DNA of 63,700 bases, the filler included, from Pelomyxa schiedti (lineage: Eukaryota; Protista; Evosea), in NCBI GenBank assembly GCA_020536535.1. It is 10 parts of 10 records of this genome, joined end to end, with 100 filler letters (N's around TTAATTAATTAA, not from the genome) between each part and the next. Parts side by side here need not be neighbours in the genome. Positions count along the whole stretch, not along the records: positions 1 to 1,488 come from JAHLWZ010002470.1; positions 1,589 to 3,285 come from JAHLWZ010002325.1; positions 3,386 to 5,257 come from JAHLWZ010002225.1; positions 5,358 to 9,121 come from JAHLWZ010001688.1; positions 9,222 to 11,525 come from JAHLWZ010002040.1; 5 more parts are not named here. One strand, given 5' to 3'. Shown here piece after piece: positions 1-10,277 of the stretch. The notes beneath the pieces are model-generated. The model ran no database searches, was not told where the DNA came from, and saw only the letters and a list, made by a program, of their open reading frames with translations. The position numbers and the translations under genes were made by a program. Numbering within the stretch: the stretch's first letter is position 1; each line of letters begins with the position of its first letter.

Positions 1-1488
1 TTGTGTTTATTCATCAATTTCTGACTTGCTTCAATTTCTCTCTCTTTGCTTCACTCTGTGGCATGTTTAGTTTGTGTGTAACTGCTCCCCAACCCTTTTT
101 TATTGCGTTTAATCATCAATTTCTGACTTGCTTCAATTTTTCTCTCTTTGCTTCACTCTGTGATAAACTCAGGGAGTGTGTAACTGCTCCCCAACCCTTT
201 TCTTGCGTTTATTCATCAATTTCTGACTTGTTTCAATTTCTCTCTCTTTGCTTCGCTCTGTGATAAACTCAGGAAGTGTGTAACTGCTCCCCAACCCTGT
301 TTAATCATCAATTTCTGACTTGCTTCAATTTCTCTCTCTTTGCTTCACTCTGTGATAAACTCAGGGAGTGTGTAACTGCTCCCCAACCCTTTTTAATGCG
401 TTTAATCATCAATTTCTGACTTGCTTCAATTTCTCTCTCTTTCCTTCACTCTGTGGAATGTTTAGCTTGTGTGTAACTGCTCCCAATCCCGTTTAATCAT
501 CAATTTCTTACTTGCTTCATTTTTTTCTCTCTTTGCTTCACTCTGTGGCATGTTTAGCTTGTGTGTAACTGCTCCCACCCCTTTTTTATTGCGTTTAATC
601 ATCAATTTATGACTTGCTTCAATTTTTCTCTCTGCTTGCTTCACTCTGTGGAATGTTTAGCTTGTGTGTAACTGCTCCCCAACCCTTTTTTATTGCGTTT
701 AATCATCAATTTATGACTTGCTTCAATTTCTCTCTCCTTGCTTCACTCTGTGGCATGTTTAGTTTGTGTGTAACTGCTCCCCACCCCTTTTTTATTGCGT
801 TTAATCATAAATTCCCGACTTGGTTCTTTTTCTCTCTCTTTTCCTCTGTGATAAACTCAGGGAGTGTGTAACTGCTCCCCAACCCTTTTTTATTGCGTTT
901 ATTCATCAATTTCTGTTGTTTCAATTTCTCTCTCTGTGCTTCACTCTGTGATAAACTCAGCGAGTGTGTAACTGCTCCCCAACCCTTTTCTATTGCGTTT
1001 AATCATTAATTTATGACTGGCTTCAATTTTTCTCTCTTTCCTTCACTCTGTGGAATGTCTAGTATGTATGTAACTGCTCCCCAACCCTTTTTATTGTATT
1101 TATTCATTAATTTCTGACTTGCTTCAATTTCTCTCTGTGATAAACTCAGGATGTGTGTAACTGCTCCCCAACCCTTTTTTATTGCGTTTAATCATCAATT
1201 TCTGACTTGCTTCAATGTCTCTCTCTTTGCTTCACTCTGTGGAATGTTTAGTATGTGTGTAACTGCTCCCCAACCCTGTTTAATCATCAATTTCTGACTT
1301 GTTCAATTTCTCTCTCTTTGCTTCACTCTGTGGCATGCTTAGCTTGTGTGTAACTGCTCCCCAACCCTTTTTTATTGCGTTTAATCATCAATTTATGACT
1401 TGCTTCAATTTCTCTCTGCTTGCTTCACTCTGTGGCATGTTTAGTTTGTGTGTAACTGCTCCCACCCCTTTTTTATTACATTTAATCA
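1..1488. repeat. Tandem satellite, ~102-bp unit, about 15 copies, running into the first gap
   Basis: The anchor TAACTGCTCC recurs at 79,181,281,373,474,566,669,771,869,969,1071,1158,1260,1351,1453 (spacing 87-103). Each unit carries one of two 18-nt cassettes (G[C/A]ATGTTTAGNNNGTGTG or ATAAACTCAGNNNGTGTG); some units have a ~10-nt deletion after CCAACCCT. Confidence 0.97.
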
Positions 1489-1588
1489 NNNNNNNNNNNN
1501 NNNNNNNNNNNNNNNNNNNNNNNNNNNNNNNNTTAATTAATTAANNNNNNNNNNNNNNNNNNNNNNNNNNNNNNNNNNNNNNNNNNNN
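1489..1588. other. Artificial assembly linker 1 (N44-TTAATTAATTAA-N44)
   Basis: Six-frame stop cassette flanked by N runs; 100 nt. Confidence 0.99.
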
Positions 1589-2386
1589 ATGCTGGGCTCA
1601 TGACAGACACGCACGTCCAAGTTTGGCTTCTTCTCTTTCGTTCCTTTCTTTTTTCCTGAACAAACCCAACAAAAAAAAAAAACAACAACAAAGCATTCCA
1701 GGTGTGTGCCACACGGCTCGAATCCCTTTTGAAGAAATCTGCTGCCTCTGACTGAGAATGAGAGCCACTTCTGGAATGGAGACAAACATGGTGCAAAAAA
1801 ACAACCTCAATGCACAGACACAGCCAGTATCTGAACTGTAAATTGTTTACCCGAACCATCAACAATTTGACTGGTGGTTCGTCCCACTCAGCCACCGGCA
1901 CCTTCGCGGGTTGGTGTCGTGACCTGGTACTCTTGAGTGGGTGGCATGTTGCCCATGGCGTGAGCTGATCATTCTCCTCTTTGATTCGTTTGGCACCCTC
2001 CATTTCAAAAAGACTGTGAAAGTTCTTTTTGCAAACAGTGACAACAAAGTAGACACTGTCTCGGGGAGCAAAGGAGAATACATACACATCACCGTGACAG
2101 AAAGGAATCTGGTCAATCCCATGTCATTGACCATATTCATCATTGGTAGTAGTTGAAGGTCTTCTAAGGAATAGAGGTGGGATAACTTTGGGTATCTGTT
2201 ATTCTCCATTTTCTCGGTACCCAATCGAGCGACGATTATAACGAAGGCGTTTTTCCTACTAGTTGCAAGTTCGCAACTATCGTGAAAACAAATACTATAT
2301 CCGGCAGGAGGAATTGTGTGGCGAACAAGCTTGACATTCCGGACGGGGAATAGAACTTTCCCTTTATCACCAGAATTGCTTTGGCA

Positions 2387-3285
2387 ATGAACAAAGGGCG
2401 CTCTCTCGCGGCCTTTGTTGGGCTTGCTTTCATTTTTCTTTCACGTGTGGTCGGTCATTGCCGAGGAGATCTTTCGACTTGCTCTCGTGTTCCTGGTGCC
2501 ATTGTTTACGATAATGACGGTTACCCCAGCAGCATAACAAAATCGGCCCCGTGGCCGTGTGGTAGTTCCTCACTTCACTCCGCCCATTGTTCACGGTGGT
2601 GGTTGCTCATTTTGCACCAACAAACAAACAGAGTCAGATCCCGAGAACAAAAGGTGTGGAACTTTCTTGCAGGAAGTTCGGGTGCCCACAGTCCCGTTCC
2701 ACATTACAACTGTGCGTGTCCCACACTTTCATGAGTTGTTTCCTCACGGAATAATTGCAGGTGTGTGGCACCTTCGCTGGAACACCTGAGTCTGTTTCGA
2801 ATGTGCAGTTAACAGCAGTCATGTACTATGACGCAGCATTCTCTGTCGTGCCTCACACGAAAATTGTGGGTCCTACCACAGTGGTCGATCTGGCTTATGT
2901 GGGGGATGCTACCGTGTGGGTGTCTATGGACGTTTCTGCATATAACTTTAGTATGTTTACAACAGTGCCGAATGACAACTGAAAAATTGCCACTGTTTTC
3001 GCAGCTGCATTCTCGGAGGTTGTTTATGTGGGATTTAGCGTTGAATCGGATGCTTCATTACCAGGTACTGTCGCACTTATTGTGGACTATGGGGAGGGAA
3101 CCTTCCACTCTTGTTGGTTCAGTGCCAACGGTAACAGCTTCTCCCTACTGCAAGCTGCCAATGCTTATTACTCTGCACTGCTCCGTGTTGTTGGAAATGC
3201 AACAGGTTGTTGCTGTTGTTGCAAATGATCTTCTTTGCTTTTCTGTTCACACAAGAAACAACAGACCTTGCCGCTGTTGGTGGTG
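2387..3285 (+). CDS. Secreted/surface hypothetical protein, spliced, 3' truncated by gap
   Basis: Signal-peptide-like start MNKGRSLAAFVGLAFIFLSRVVG. Exon pieces ESDPENKRCGTFLQE, VCGTFAGTPESV...SAYNF and FSEVVYVGFSVESDASLPG... can be joined across GT-AG introns; no family recognised. Confidence 0.55.
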
Positions 3286-3385
3286 NNNNNNNNNNNNNNN
3301 NNNNNNNNNNNNNNNNNNNNNNNNNNNNNTTAATTAATTAANNNNNNNNNNNNNNNNNNNNNNNNNNNNNNNNNNNNNNNNNNNN
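3286..3385. other. Artificial assembly linker 2
   Basis: N44-TTAATTAATTAA-N44. Confidence 0.99.
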
Positions 3386-3386
3386 A

Positions 3387-3557
3387 CCCGGCAAAGCACC
3401 GCCGACAGGGGAGCGGAAGCTGTACCTGTTCATTGAGGGCCCGACTGCGGACTGCGTGAACAAGGCCAAGAAGGAGATCAAGAGGATACTGGAGGAGGCC
3501 ACGCTGCTGTATCACCCTCCCGACAAAGCCGGCGGCAGATACAACGTCATGTCTTGA
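3387..3557 (+). CDS. DDX46: C-terminal fragment of DEAD-box helicase DDX46/Prp5 (5' part lost in gap)
   Basis: Translates PGKAPPTGERKLYLFIEGPTADCVNKAKKEIKRILEEATLLYHPPDKAGGRYNVMS*, matching the DDX46 C-terminal signature GERK(I/L)YL.IE...V.KAK.EI.R...GRY.V. Confidence 0.85.
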   Translation, partial: PGKAPPTGERKLYLFIEGPTADCVNKAKKEIKRILEEATLLYHPPDKAGGRYNVMS

Positions 3558-3682
3558 TGCAATTCGTTGTTGTTGATAAAGTGGCAAAAAGAAAAAAAAT
3601 GTTTCTTTTTTTTTTTTTATGTTGGCACCTAAATCAAGTTGGCCCAAAGAAATTCATCAAGTAGGGAAAAGGTCATTCCAAA

Positions 3683-5005
3683 TCAATGTGTGGTGGGAAA
3701 GGGGGGCGACATGGGGCGTGTGTTGTGGAGCATTAAATTTTCCTCAATGTCACTGGCACCAGGAGGGGTCCACGTCGCGGTAATTATCGCCAAAGCTGAT
3801 CCTGTGATGAGGTCCTTGATCTGAAATGAGACTGCATCGCTAGTCAAGAACCACCACCGCTTGGAGTCACTGCAGGGTGCAGTATAGACTCCTGTGCCTA
3901 CAGGTGATTGCATGTGCACTGTTGTGTGTTTTATGCAGTTGCAGGGAGTATCAAAGTCAGAGGCACGAAACACCTCTTGTTTGATGCCCAGTTTCTTTGC
4001 CGTTTCTTTGTCAATGGTGGCAATCAGGTGTGAGGAGCTGTACGTGTCTAGTTCGGAGTATCTTGAAGAAAAGATCTTCACTCTTTGAGATACAGTGTTG
4101 TACACCTTGAAGCCCTCCTCAAAGAAATGTAGTGTGAGCAGTTCATTAGTGGAAACCCACAGCATGTTAAATGCGGAGGAGAATGGCAGGGGAACCCTTT
4201 TTGCAATCACAATTGTGCTGTGTTCCAGGCTGTGAGGCAAGTCCACAAACAATATGTAGCTTGACTGGTCCTCTCCAATCACAGCTAACTCTTCTCCATC
4301 ACCAGGGGGAAACCCACTTCTAATGCAATTCAAATCGCCCAGTGCCACATGCACCCCAGGGTTCTTGGGTTGACCGTTCTGAATTCTCCACAGCGTCAAA
4401 TACATACAGCTGGTATTCACCAGCCATTTGGAGTTGCAACACCATGTGCCTGAAATATCCAGTGGTTGTAGGCCCCTCACAAATCGACCTTTGTTGTTTA
4501 TGACATATTCTTGGCCCTTCAGGCTGACAATAAAGTGGCTGCTTCCTGGAATGCCATGTATTCCCTTCAACTTTGGAGGGAGCCAGCACGCGCAGCTCAC
4601 AACTCCAAGCGTGGGTGACAGCTCCAAGAACACGCAACACCTCACCGACCACACCGCTTCTTTGTGATGAACGCACTTGTCAACGAGGCTCACAACGTGC
4701 CTTGTGGGACATACCACCCACCCCCTTCCGAGTATCGCCAGAACGTCGAAAGATCCCCTCAGCAGTTGCACGGCACAGCCTGGGCCACATCGGCGGTCAA
4801 AGAAGATCCCACATGCCAAAGCAACGAACTGAGCGCGAGCGTCGGTGACGGGTTGGACGCTCAGCGTCGGGAGCCACTCGTCTGACATGTTCTCGTCATT
4901 TCTGTTGAATTGCCTCCGTGTTGCCCCAAACCACTCTGCGTCCATGTCGTCATAGGACAGCCCTCGGTTGGGCTTCGTTGTCACCCTCCACTGGTCGGTG
5001 CTCAT
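3683..5005 (-). CDS. Lineage-expanded hypothetical protein (ARAQFVALACG...RCG family), intronless
   Basis: Uninterrupted 440-codon ORF from MSTDQW. The N-terminal motif DARAQFVALACGIFFDRRCG followed by a W/G-rich beta-repeat-like body resembles the ORF at 42212-43349. Confidence 0.8.
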   Translation of the reverse strand: MSTDQWRVTTKPNRGLSYDDMDAEWFGATRRQFNRNDENMSDEWLPTLSVQPVTDARAQFVALACGIFFDRRCGPGCAVQLLRGSFDVLAILGRGWVVCPTRHVVSLVDKCVHHKEAVWSVRCCVFLELSPTLGVVSCACWLPPKLKGIHGIPGSSHFIVSLKGQEYVINNKGRFVRGLQPLDISGTWCCNSKWLVNTSCMYLTLWRIQNGQPKNPGVHVALGDLNCIRSGFPPGDGEELAVIGEDQSSYILFVDLPHSLEHSTIVIAKRVPLPFSSAFNMLWVSTNELLTLHFFEEGFKVYNTVSQRVKIFSSRYSELDTYSSSHLIATIDKETAKKLGIKQEVFRASDFDTPCNCIKHTTVHMQSPVGTGVYTAPCSDSKRWWFLTSDAVSFQIKDLITGSALAIITATWTPPGASDIEENLMLHNTRPMSPPFPTTH

Positions 5006-5257
5006 TTGGCTGAATAGAAAAAACACCAGACCGCCGATCCTGAGCGATGATAACGAACAGTACGTCTGTTGATTATTTTATTCAGCCATTTGGGTAATCC
5101 ACGATTTTGTTTTTAGAGAGAAAAGAATGGTGTTCCTGCACTGTGATTTCGAATCACACCCAGAGTGGGTTCCAAGCTGTTCCCAAAGGGTGGTCTCAAA
5201 ATGTGAAAAAACACTACCCAAGTGGAGAAGGTGGAGGTAAAATCACAATGGGCTCGA

Positions 5258-5357
5258 NNNNNNNNNNNNNNNNNNNNNNNNNNNNNNNNNNNNNNNNNNN
5301 NTTAATTAATTAANNNNNNNNNNNNNNNNNNNNNNNNNNNNNNNNNNNNNNNNNNNN
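5258..5357. other. Artificial assembly linker 3
   Basis: N44-TTAATTAATTAA-N44. Confidence 0.99.
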
Positions 5358-5556
5358 CTGGGCCATGGCCTGTGTGTGTCCTGTCACAGAGTCGAACGCA
5401 ACGATCACCGATACGCCGCTTGAAGAGCTCATCACTCGTTCAGAACAAGTTGATTGATTTGGTTTTGGTTTTTTTTTTTCTTTTTCCCTTTTTTTTTTAA
5501 TTGCCGTTGTTGTTGTTGTTGTTGTTGTTTTGTTTCACTGATGTATAATTTAAAAG

Positions 5557-5984
5557 GTTCTCCTGTTTATTATGGTCTGCCCTCCGCTGCTGTGAAGAAG
5601 TTCATTGACTTTACCAATGTTCATCATGGAAAGGTTAGGCCCTGTGTGTTCGTCATTTATCTCTAAGCATTGTATTTCTGTAGCTGGTAGGGAAAGTTGG
5701 AGGAGCTTTTGCCAACAGTGCAGGCGTACATGGGGGCTGTGAGACCACAATCCTCGCGCTTAATAATGCCCTCTTGATTCACGGAATGGTCATTCAAGGT
5801 TGTCTTAGCCCAACCCCATTTCTAGTTCCCGTGTGGCTGATGAATGTATGCATAATTAGGTTGCAGTGAGGGCCTCCATTACGGCGCCGCGGCCGTAGAA
5901 ACCCCAACGGAAAAGGACATTGAGTGCTGCAAGCAACTTGGTGCCAGAGTTGCCAAACTAGCACTCAAGCTCCATTCTTCTTGA
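5557..5984 (+). CDS. wrbA: WrbA-type flavodoxin-like NAD(P)H:quinone oxidoreductase (5' exons unresolved)
   Basis: Three exons splice to GSPVYYGLPSAAVKKFIDFTNVHHGK/LVGKVGGAFANSAGVHGGCETTILALNNALLIHGMVIQ/GCSEGLHYGAAAVETPTEKDIECCKQLGARVAKLA...*. Motifs GSP.YYG, GKVGGAF, GG.ETT and L.HGM.IQG are those of the WrbA family. Confidence 0.85.
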
Positions 5985-6316
5985 CCTTAATAACATGTTC
6001 TAGTCAATTTGCCATATGAATGATGAAATTTTATTTTTTTTAATTTCGTTTTCGTTCTGGTAGGTGTTACACGAGTGTATTGGGTTGTTTTCAGGACAAC
6101 CCAAGCACCGGGTGTGTGATTGGGAATGGAGCCAGGCACAGGACCCGACTCGAACTCCCAGAGAAATAGCTTTGGGTAAACATCCTCGACTTCTGGCAGT
6201 GAAAGCCCCAGCCCGCTTGGCGTTTGGTTGGTCAATTGGTTGGAACATAGAAGCAGGGTTGGGGTTGTCTTGGATTCCCTAGATACCTTTTTGATCGGTT
6301 CTAGGAGTTGTTGTGT

Positions 6317-9121
6317 TCAGGGGAAATGGACAGACTTTGGTACTGACGAAGAAGATGACGAGGATGATGCTGTTGAAGTGGGTGAAGAGGAGTTTGTTGT
6401 TGTTGTTCTTGATGAAGGAGAGACTGAGGAAGAAGTGGTTGCTGGCTTTTTGCCGGGTTTCACAGGGAACACCAACTCATCAGGATCCAGAAGTAGGGGT
6501 AGTGGCGAATGCAAGTACTCCCTCATTGTGGTAATTACTGCCGAATTTATCGGCTTCGGGGATGCGGAATCGGGGACAAAGGACAGTGCTAGGCGTGCCA
6601 GCTGGCCCATGCTAAGTGTAGGGAATGCCTTGGAGCAGTAGGTCGGGTTAAGTAGTACGTTTTTGTCTCCCAGGAGAAAGTTGGCTGCTTCGCGGAGATG
6701 TTCCAGGAAGAATCTTGTCATAGTGTGAGATACACCGAAAGTCTAGTTAATTAATTGCTTTTTTTTTTTATTTAGAAATTTAGAACAGGTTTTACTTTGC
6801 TTTGACTAATCCTGGAATTTGCTCAAAGTAGTCATCCAAGAGTGCGAGACCATATTTGATTTGCACACCATTTGTACCAGTGCCTATAGTTCTTAGGGAA
6901 GAAATATCATGAAACACAAGCATACAGAAGTGCGGATTTTCCATTAGAGCATTGAAGAGGATGCAGTTAATAATGTGAGATATGTGACAGAAGAATTGCA
7001 GTGTCAGGCTTGTAACAACTTTAGAAGAGGCAAATCGGTAGAGAATTCGGTCTAACACAAACACTAAATTTGTGCATACACGCTGGGACCTGGTGGATAG
7101 ACACATAAGAGCTAAGAGCTGGAACTAAAATATTTACCTTTCTTGTAAAACAATGTGGTGCTTTGTCTTGGCACCATCTGAGTCCTCTTTTTTTGATAGG
7201 AACTGCAGAACCAATGGTTCAATTTTCTACGGAAAATGAGAATCAACAAACAGTGGTCCAAAACTTACTGTGTGAGTTCTACGCATAAGCAAGCGGAACC
7301 CATCAAATAAGACTTGCCTCAGCTGATAAATGAAATAGGCTGTCGGTTCCCCAGCATTACAAGAACCTGGGGCCACAACATAGTTGAGTTCCTCAGTTGT
7401 GAGTCTGCAACAAGTAAGAAAGGGGAAAAAGAAGTGCGACATACGGGACAAGATTGTCAGAGTGCCTGGAAACAGCATCAGCATACAGAGTTCTGATTAG
7501 GTGATAAACACAAGAGAGCCAATAGCAAGAAGAAACGCATCGAGACTTTCACAAAAGAGTGAGACATACAGTTAGTAAGGAAAAATTACAACCTTGGACA
7601 CATAAGATAATGATTGAATAACTCGAGAGAGTCTCGTTGTTGTGAGAGGGGTAGCAGCCTCCCATTTTTGAATTTGTCCCAAAATCAGGGAGGCTGGCTC
7701 TGGAATACTGTTAACACCAAAGACGGGCTCCTCGACATGAAAGACAGTCTCCATAAGGAAGTGTTGCATGTAGCTATCTTCATAAAGCATGTCAATTTCA
7801 TCCTGAGATTGAAAAAGTTATTTCTAGAAATGTAATGTTGGTTACAAACAGCATGTTTTCCTCCAAGTTGCTCCAATCGTTTAGCATATAAAGCAGCAGC
7901 AGCTTGAGCTTCTTGATGGTGATCTTCAAGGGCTTGCTTTGCTTTGCTCAGTTCTGCCAGAAGGTCCTGTAACCGCTTGTCAGCTTCTTCCAGCTTCTTT
8001 TGAAATTCAGAGGAGAGTTTCCTTTTTTCCGTCTTCAAGAAAAAAAAATGTGAGCTTGAAAGGAAGATTTTTTGAATTTACCTCATTTTCCTGCTCCAGT
8101 ATAGCTAAACGTTGTTTACATTCAGTTGAAATTTTTTCAGCTCTTGCAGACTCCAACTTGATCATTGCAGAAGCGTGTTTCCGTTGAACGGCATTGGCCT
8201 CTCGTGCTTGCTCCAATTCTTGTTTTACCAAATCCATTTCTTTTACCAGTTCTCGTACTTTCCTCTGCAACACGTCTTTTTCCTCTTCAACTTGCTTAAA
8301 TTTGGAGGAGAGTTGAAGCAAGGAAGTGCGTTCCTTTGAAAGAGTTGCCTCAGAAAGTCTTAACTTTTCTTGCAGCACCGCCACATCAGTTGTCTGTTTC
8401 ACAGAAGAAGATGGTTTGGAGAAGAGCCCAGAAAGAGAGGGGAATTGAGATTCGCGCTGCGCTTTTTGTTTAAGAGCATCTTCAAGGTGAGACTGAAGAG
8501 AGGAAATCTCTGAGGCCAGTAATTGATTTTGAGTCATCAGAGTGGTTTCAGATGAACGCACAGACTCTAGCTGAGAAGAAAGAGTGCCTATCTGAGATGC
8601 AAGACGTTCCTGTGTGCCACTGAACTGCAACTTCATTTTGGCCTCCATCTCATCAATATTTCGAGCATGTTCCTCATGTGAAACCTGAAGACAGAAGTCT
8701 TTCTCCCTTAAAAGAGCAGAGACACGTTCAGTGAGAAGACCTTCCATGGCCTGTTTCAGTTCAGAGAGTGTTGCAGAAGAAGCGAGTTTTTCAGCGTTTA
8801 CGGCGTTTTGCTTTTCGGCATCCAGTGAACTTGCTTGTTGCTCGAGTGCCTTCTGCTTCTCTGCGTCGAGTGCAGATTGCAGCTGCTCGAGTGCATCCTT
8901 CCTTTCTGCGTTGAGCGCCGCTTCCTGTTGCTTGAGTGCGTTCTGCTTCTCGGCATCCAGTGAACTTGCCTGTTGTTGCAAGGCGTTTTGCTTTTCGGCG
9001 TCCAGTGAACTTGCTTGTTGCTCAAGTGCCTTCTGCTTCTCTGCGTCGAGTGAAGATTGCAGCTGCTCGAGCGCATCCTTCCTTTCTGCGTTTAGTGTGG
9101 TTGCCTGCTGCTCGAGTGCCG
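6317..9121 (-). CDS. Long coiled-coil protein with C-terminal DIL (dilute) domain, spliced, 5' truncated; possibly a myosin V/XI-like tail
   Basis: Coiled-coil exons (8007-9121, 7685-8038) are followed by FFCHISHIINCILFNALMENPHFC...TGTNGVQIKYGLALLDDYF and LEHLREAANFLL...FPTLSMGQLARLALSFVPD, the two conserved blocks of the DIL domain. The 3' end is uncertain (may extend to ~6000). Confidence 0.75.
8805..9119 (-). repeat. Seven coding 45-bp (15-aa) tandem repeats, ALEQQASSLDAEKQN-like
   Basis: Units read ALEQQATTLNAERKD, ALEQLQSSLDAEKQK, ALEQQASSLDAEKQN, ALQQQASSLDAEKQN, ALKQQEAALNAERKD, ALEQLQSALDAEKQK, ALEQQASSLDAEKQN; units 1-3 recur as 5-7 (180-bp higher order). Confidence 0.93.
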
Positions 9122-9221
9122 NNNNNNNNNNNNNNNNNNNNNNNNNNNNNNNNNNNNNNNNNNNNTTAATTAATTAANNNNNNNNNNNNNNNNNNNNNNN
9201 NNNNNNNNNNNNNNNNNNNNN
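9122..9221. other. Artificial assembly linker 4
   Basis: N44-TTAATTAATTAA-N44. Confidence 0.99.
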
Positions 9222-10037
9222 GGGCAAAAACCAACCCCAGTAGGAAAAGAAGTGGTTGCAAAGCGTTTCTGGTGATGCCTTGTATTCACACCATGAGGTC
9301 CATCACTCATAAAAATTCGTGTGTACGCTGCAGTCCACCTTGTGTTGTTTTTTGTTTTTTTTTTTTTTACAAGAAAGTAACAACATATCACAACATGAAA
9401 CTCCTGGCGACTGGGTGGTAACAACACAAAGAAACAAACACACCAACAAGCAAACACACACACATACGAGCTGTCTCCCACCAACAGCCTCCTTCGTTCC
9501 ACTGGGCTCATGTGTTCCACTGGTCCAGTAATCTGTGACACATTATCAGGCGTGGTCGACGCACATGTTGACGTTGACGTCGAGGTAGATGTAGCATTAG
9601 TGGCATGTTCGGTAGCGTGGTTGGCCACCTCGCCACCACGTGTGCTGTTGGTCGTGAATATGGTACCAACACGGCCCCGCCCCCCGTTTCCACGTCTGCC
9701 CCGCGATCCACAACAACAGCCCCTTCCCCGATCCATGCCCAGACTACGTTTCAAATTTGGGGGTCAAACCAACTCTACCCAAAAAACACAAGAAAATTCT
9801 GGATCTGGTCCAGATGGTGTCAAAATCGTGTCGAACCAGGGGGAGAAGGTAGTACAGAGCTGTGAGCAGTGTTTCCCTTGGTTCCCAGTGAAAAAGGAGG
9901 CATAAGAAGTTGTGGCATGATAGTTTCAAGGTCTAACACACATCCACAGTCACCATTGTCCCAAAATATGACATTGGCTTCACATTTCGACACCTTTGAC
10001 ACCCCAAATCCTCCTCCACCAAGGCTTTCTTCTGAAA

Positions 10038-10277
10038 ATTGGAATTCCACAAGGGGTAATCTCTTCCCTGGTGAAGCAAGACCATACATTTTATGCATCA
10101 ACTCAGAAAGAGAAGATAGAAGATTGTGCACAAATTGACTGAAAGGCTGCTCAAGGCAAAAAAAGCTGTTGTTTCATTCTTGTGTCACTGAAGAGCAGAG
10201 TTTATTTTCTGAGTTGATACATAAAATGTATGGTCTTGCTTCACCAGAGAAGAGATTACCCCTTGTGGAATTCCAAT
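10038..10277. repeat. Inverted repeat: 72-bp arms (10038-10109, 10206-10277), 96-nt spacer
   Basis: Reverse complement of the left arm matches the right arm at 70/72 positions. Confidence 0.95.

Noticed and set aside
1-1488. CRISPR array or coding repeat
   Set aside because: The variable parts are two recurring cassettes, not unique spacers, and the context is eukaryotic. Plus-strand ORFs are broken by the ~10-nt deletion units, so a contiguous protein is unlikely.
1533-1544. Recurrent TTAATTAATTAA palindrome and ORFs ending in XXX-LIN
   Set aside because: Synthetic six-frame stop linker, not biological.
1715-1725. GGCTCGAATCC resembling a tRNA T-loop
   Set aside because: No acceptor stem, D-arm or anticodon arm can be built around it. 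No tRNA, including tRNA-Sec, was seen in the window.
9820-10131. Protein kinase suggested by SLGGGGFGV
   Set aside because: No VAIK, HRD or DFG motifs found downstream in any frame I could splice; the ORF partly overlaps the inverted-repeat arm.
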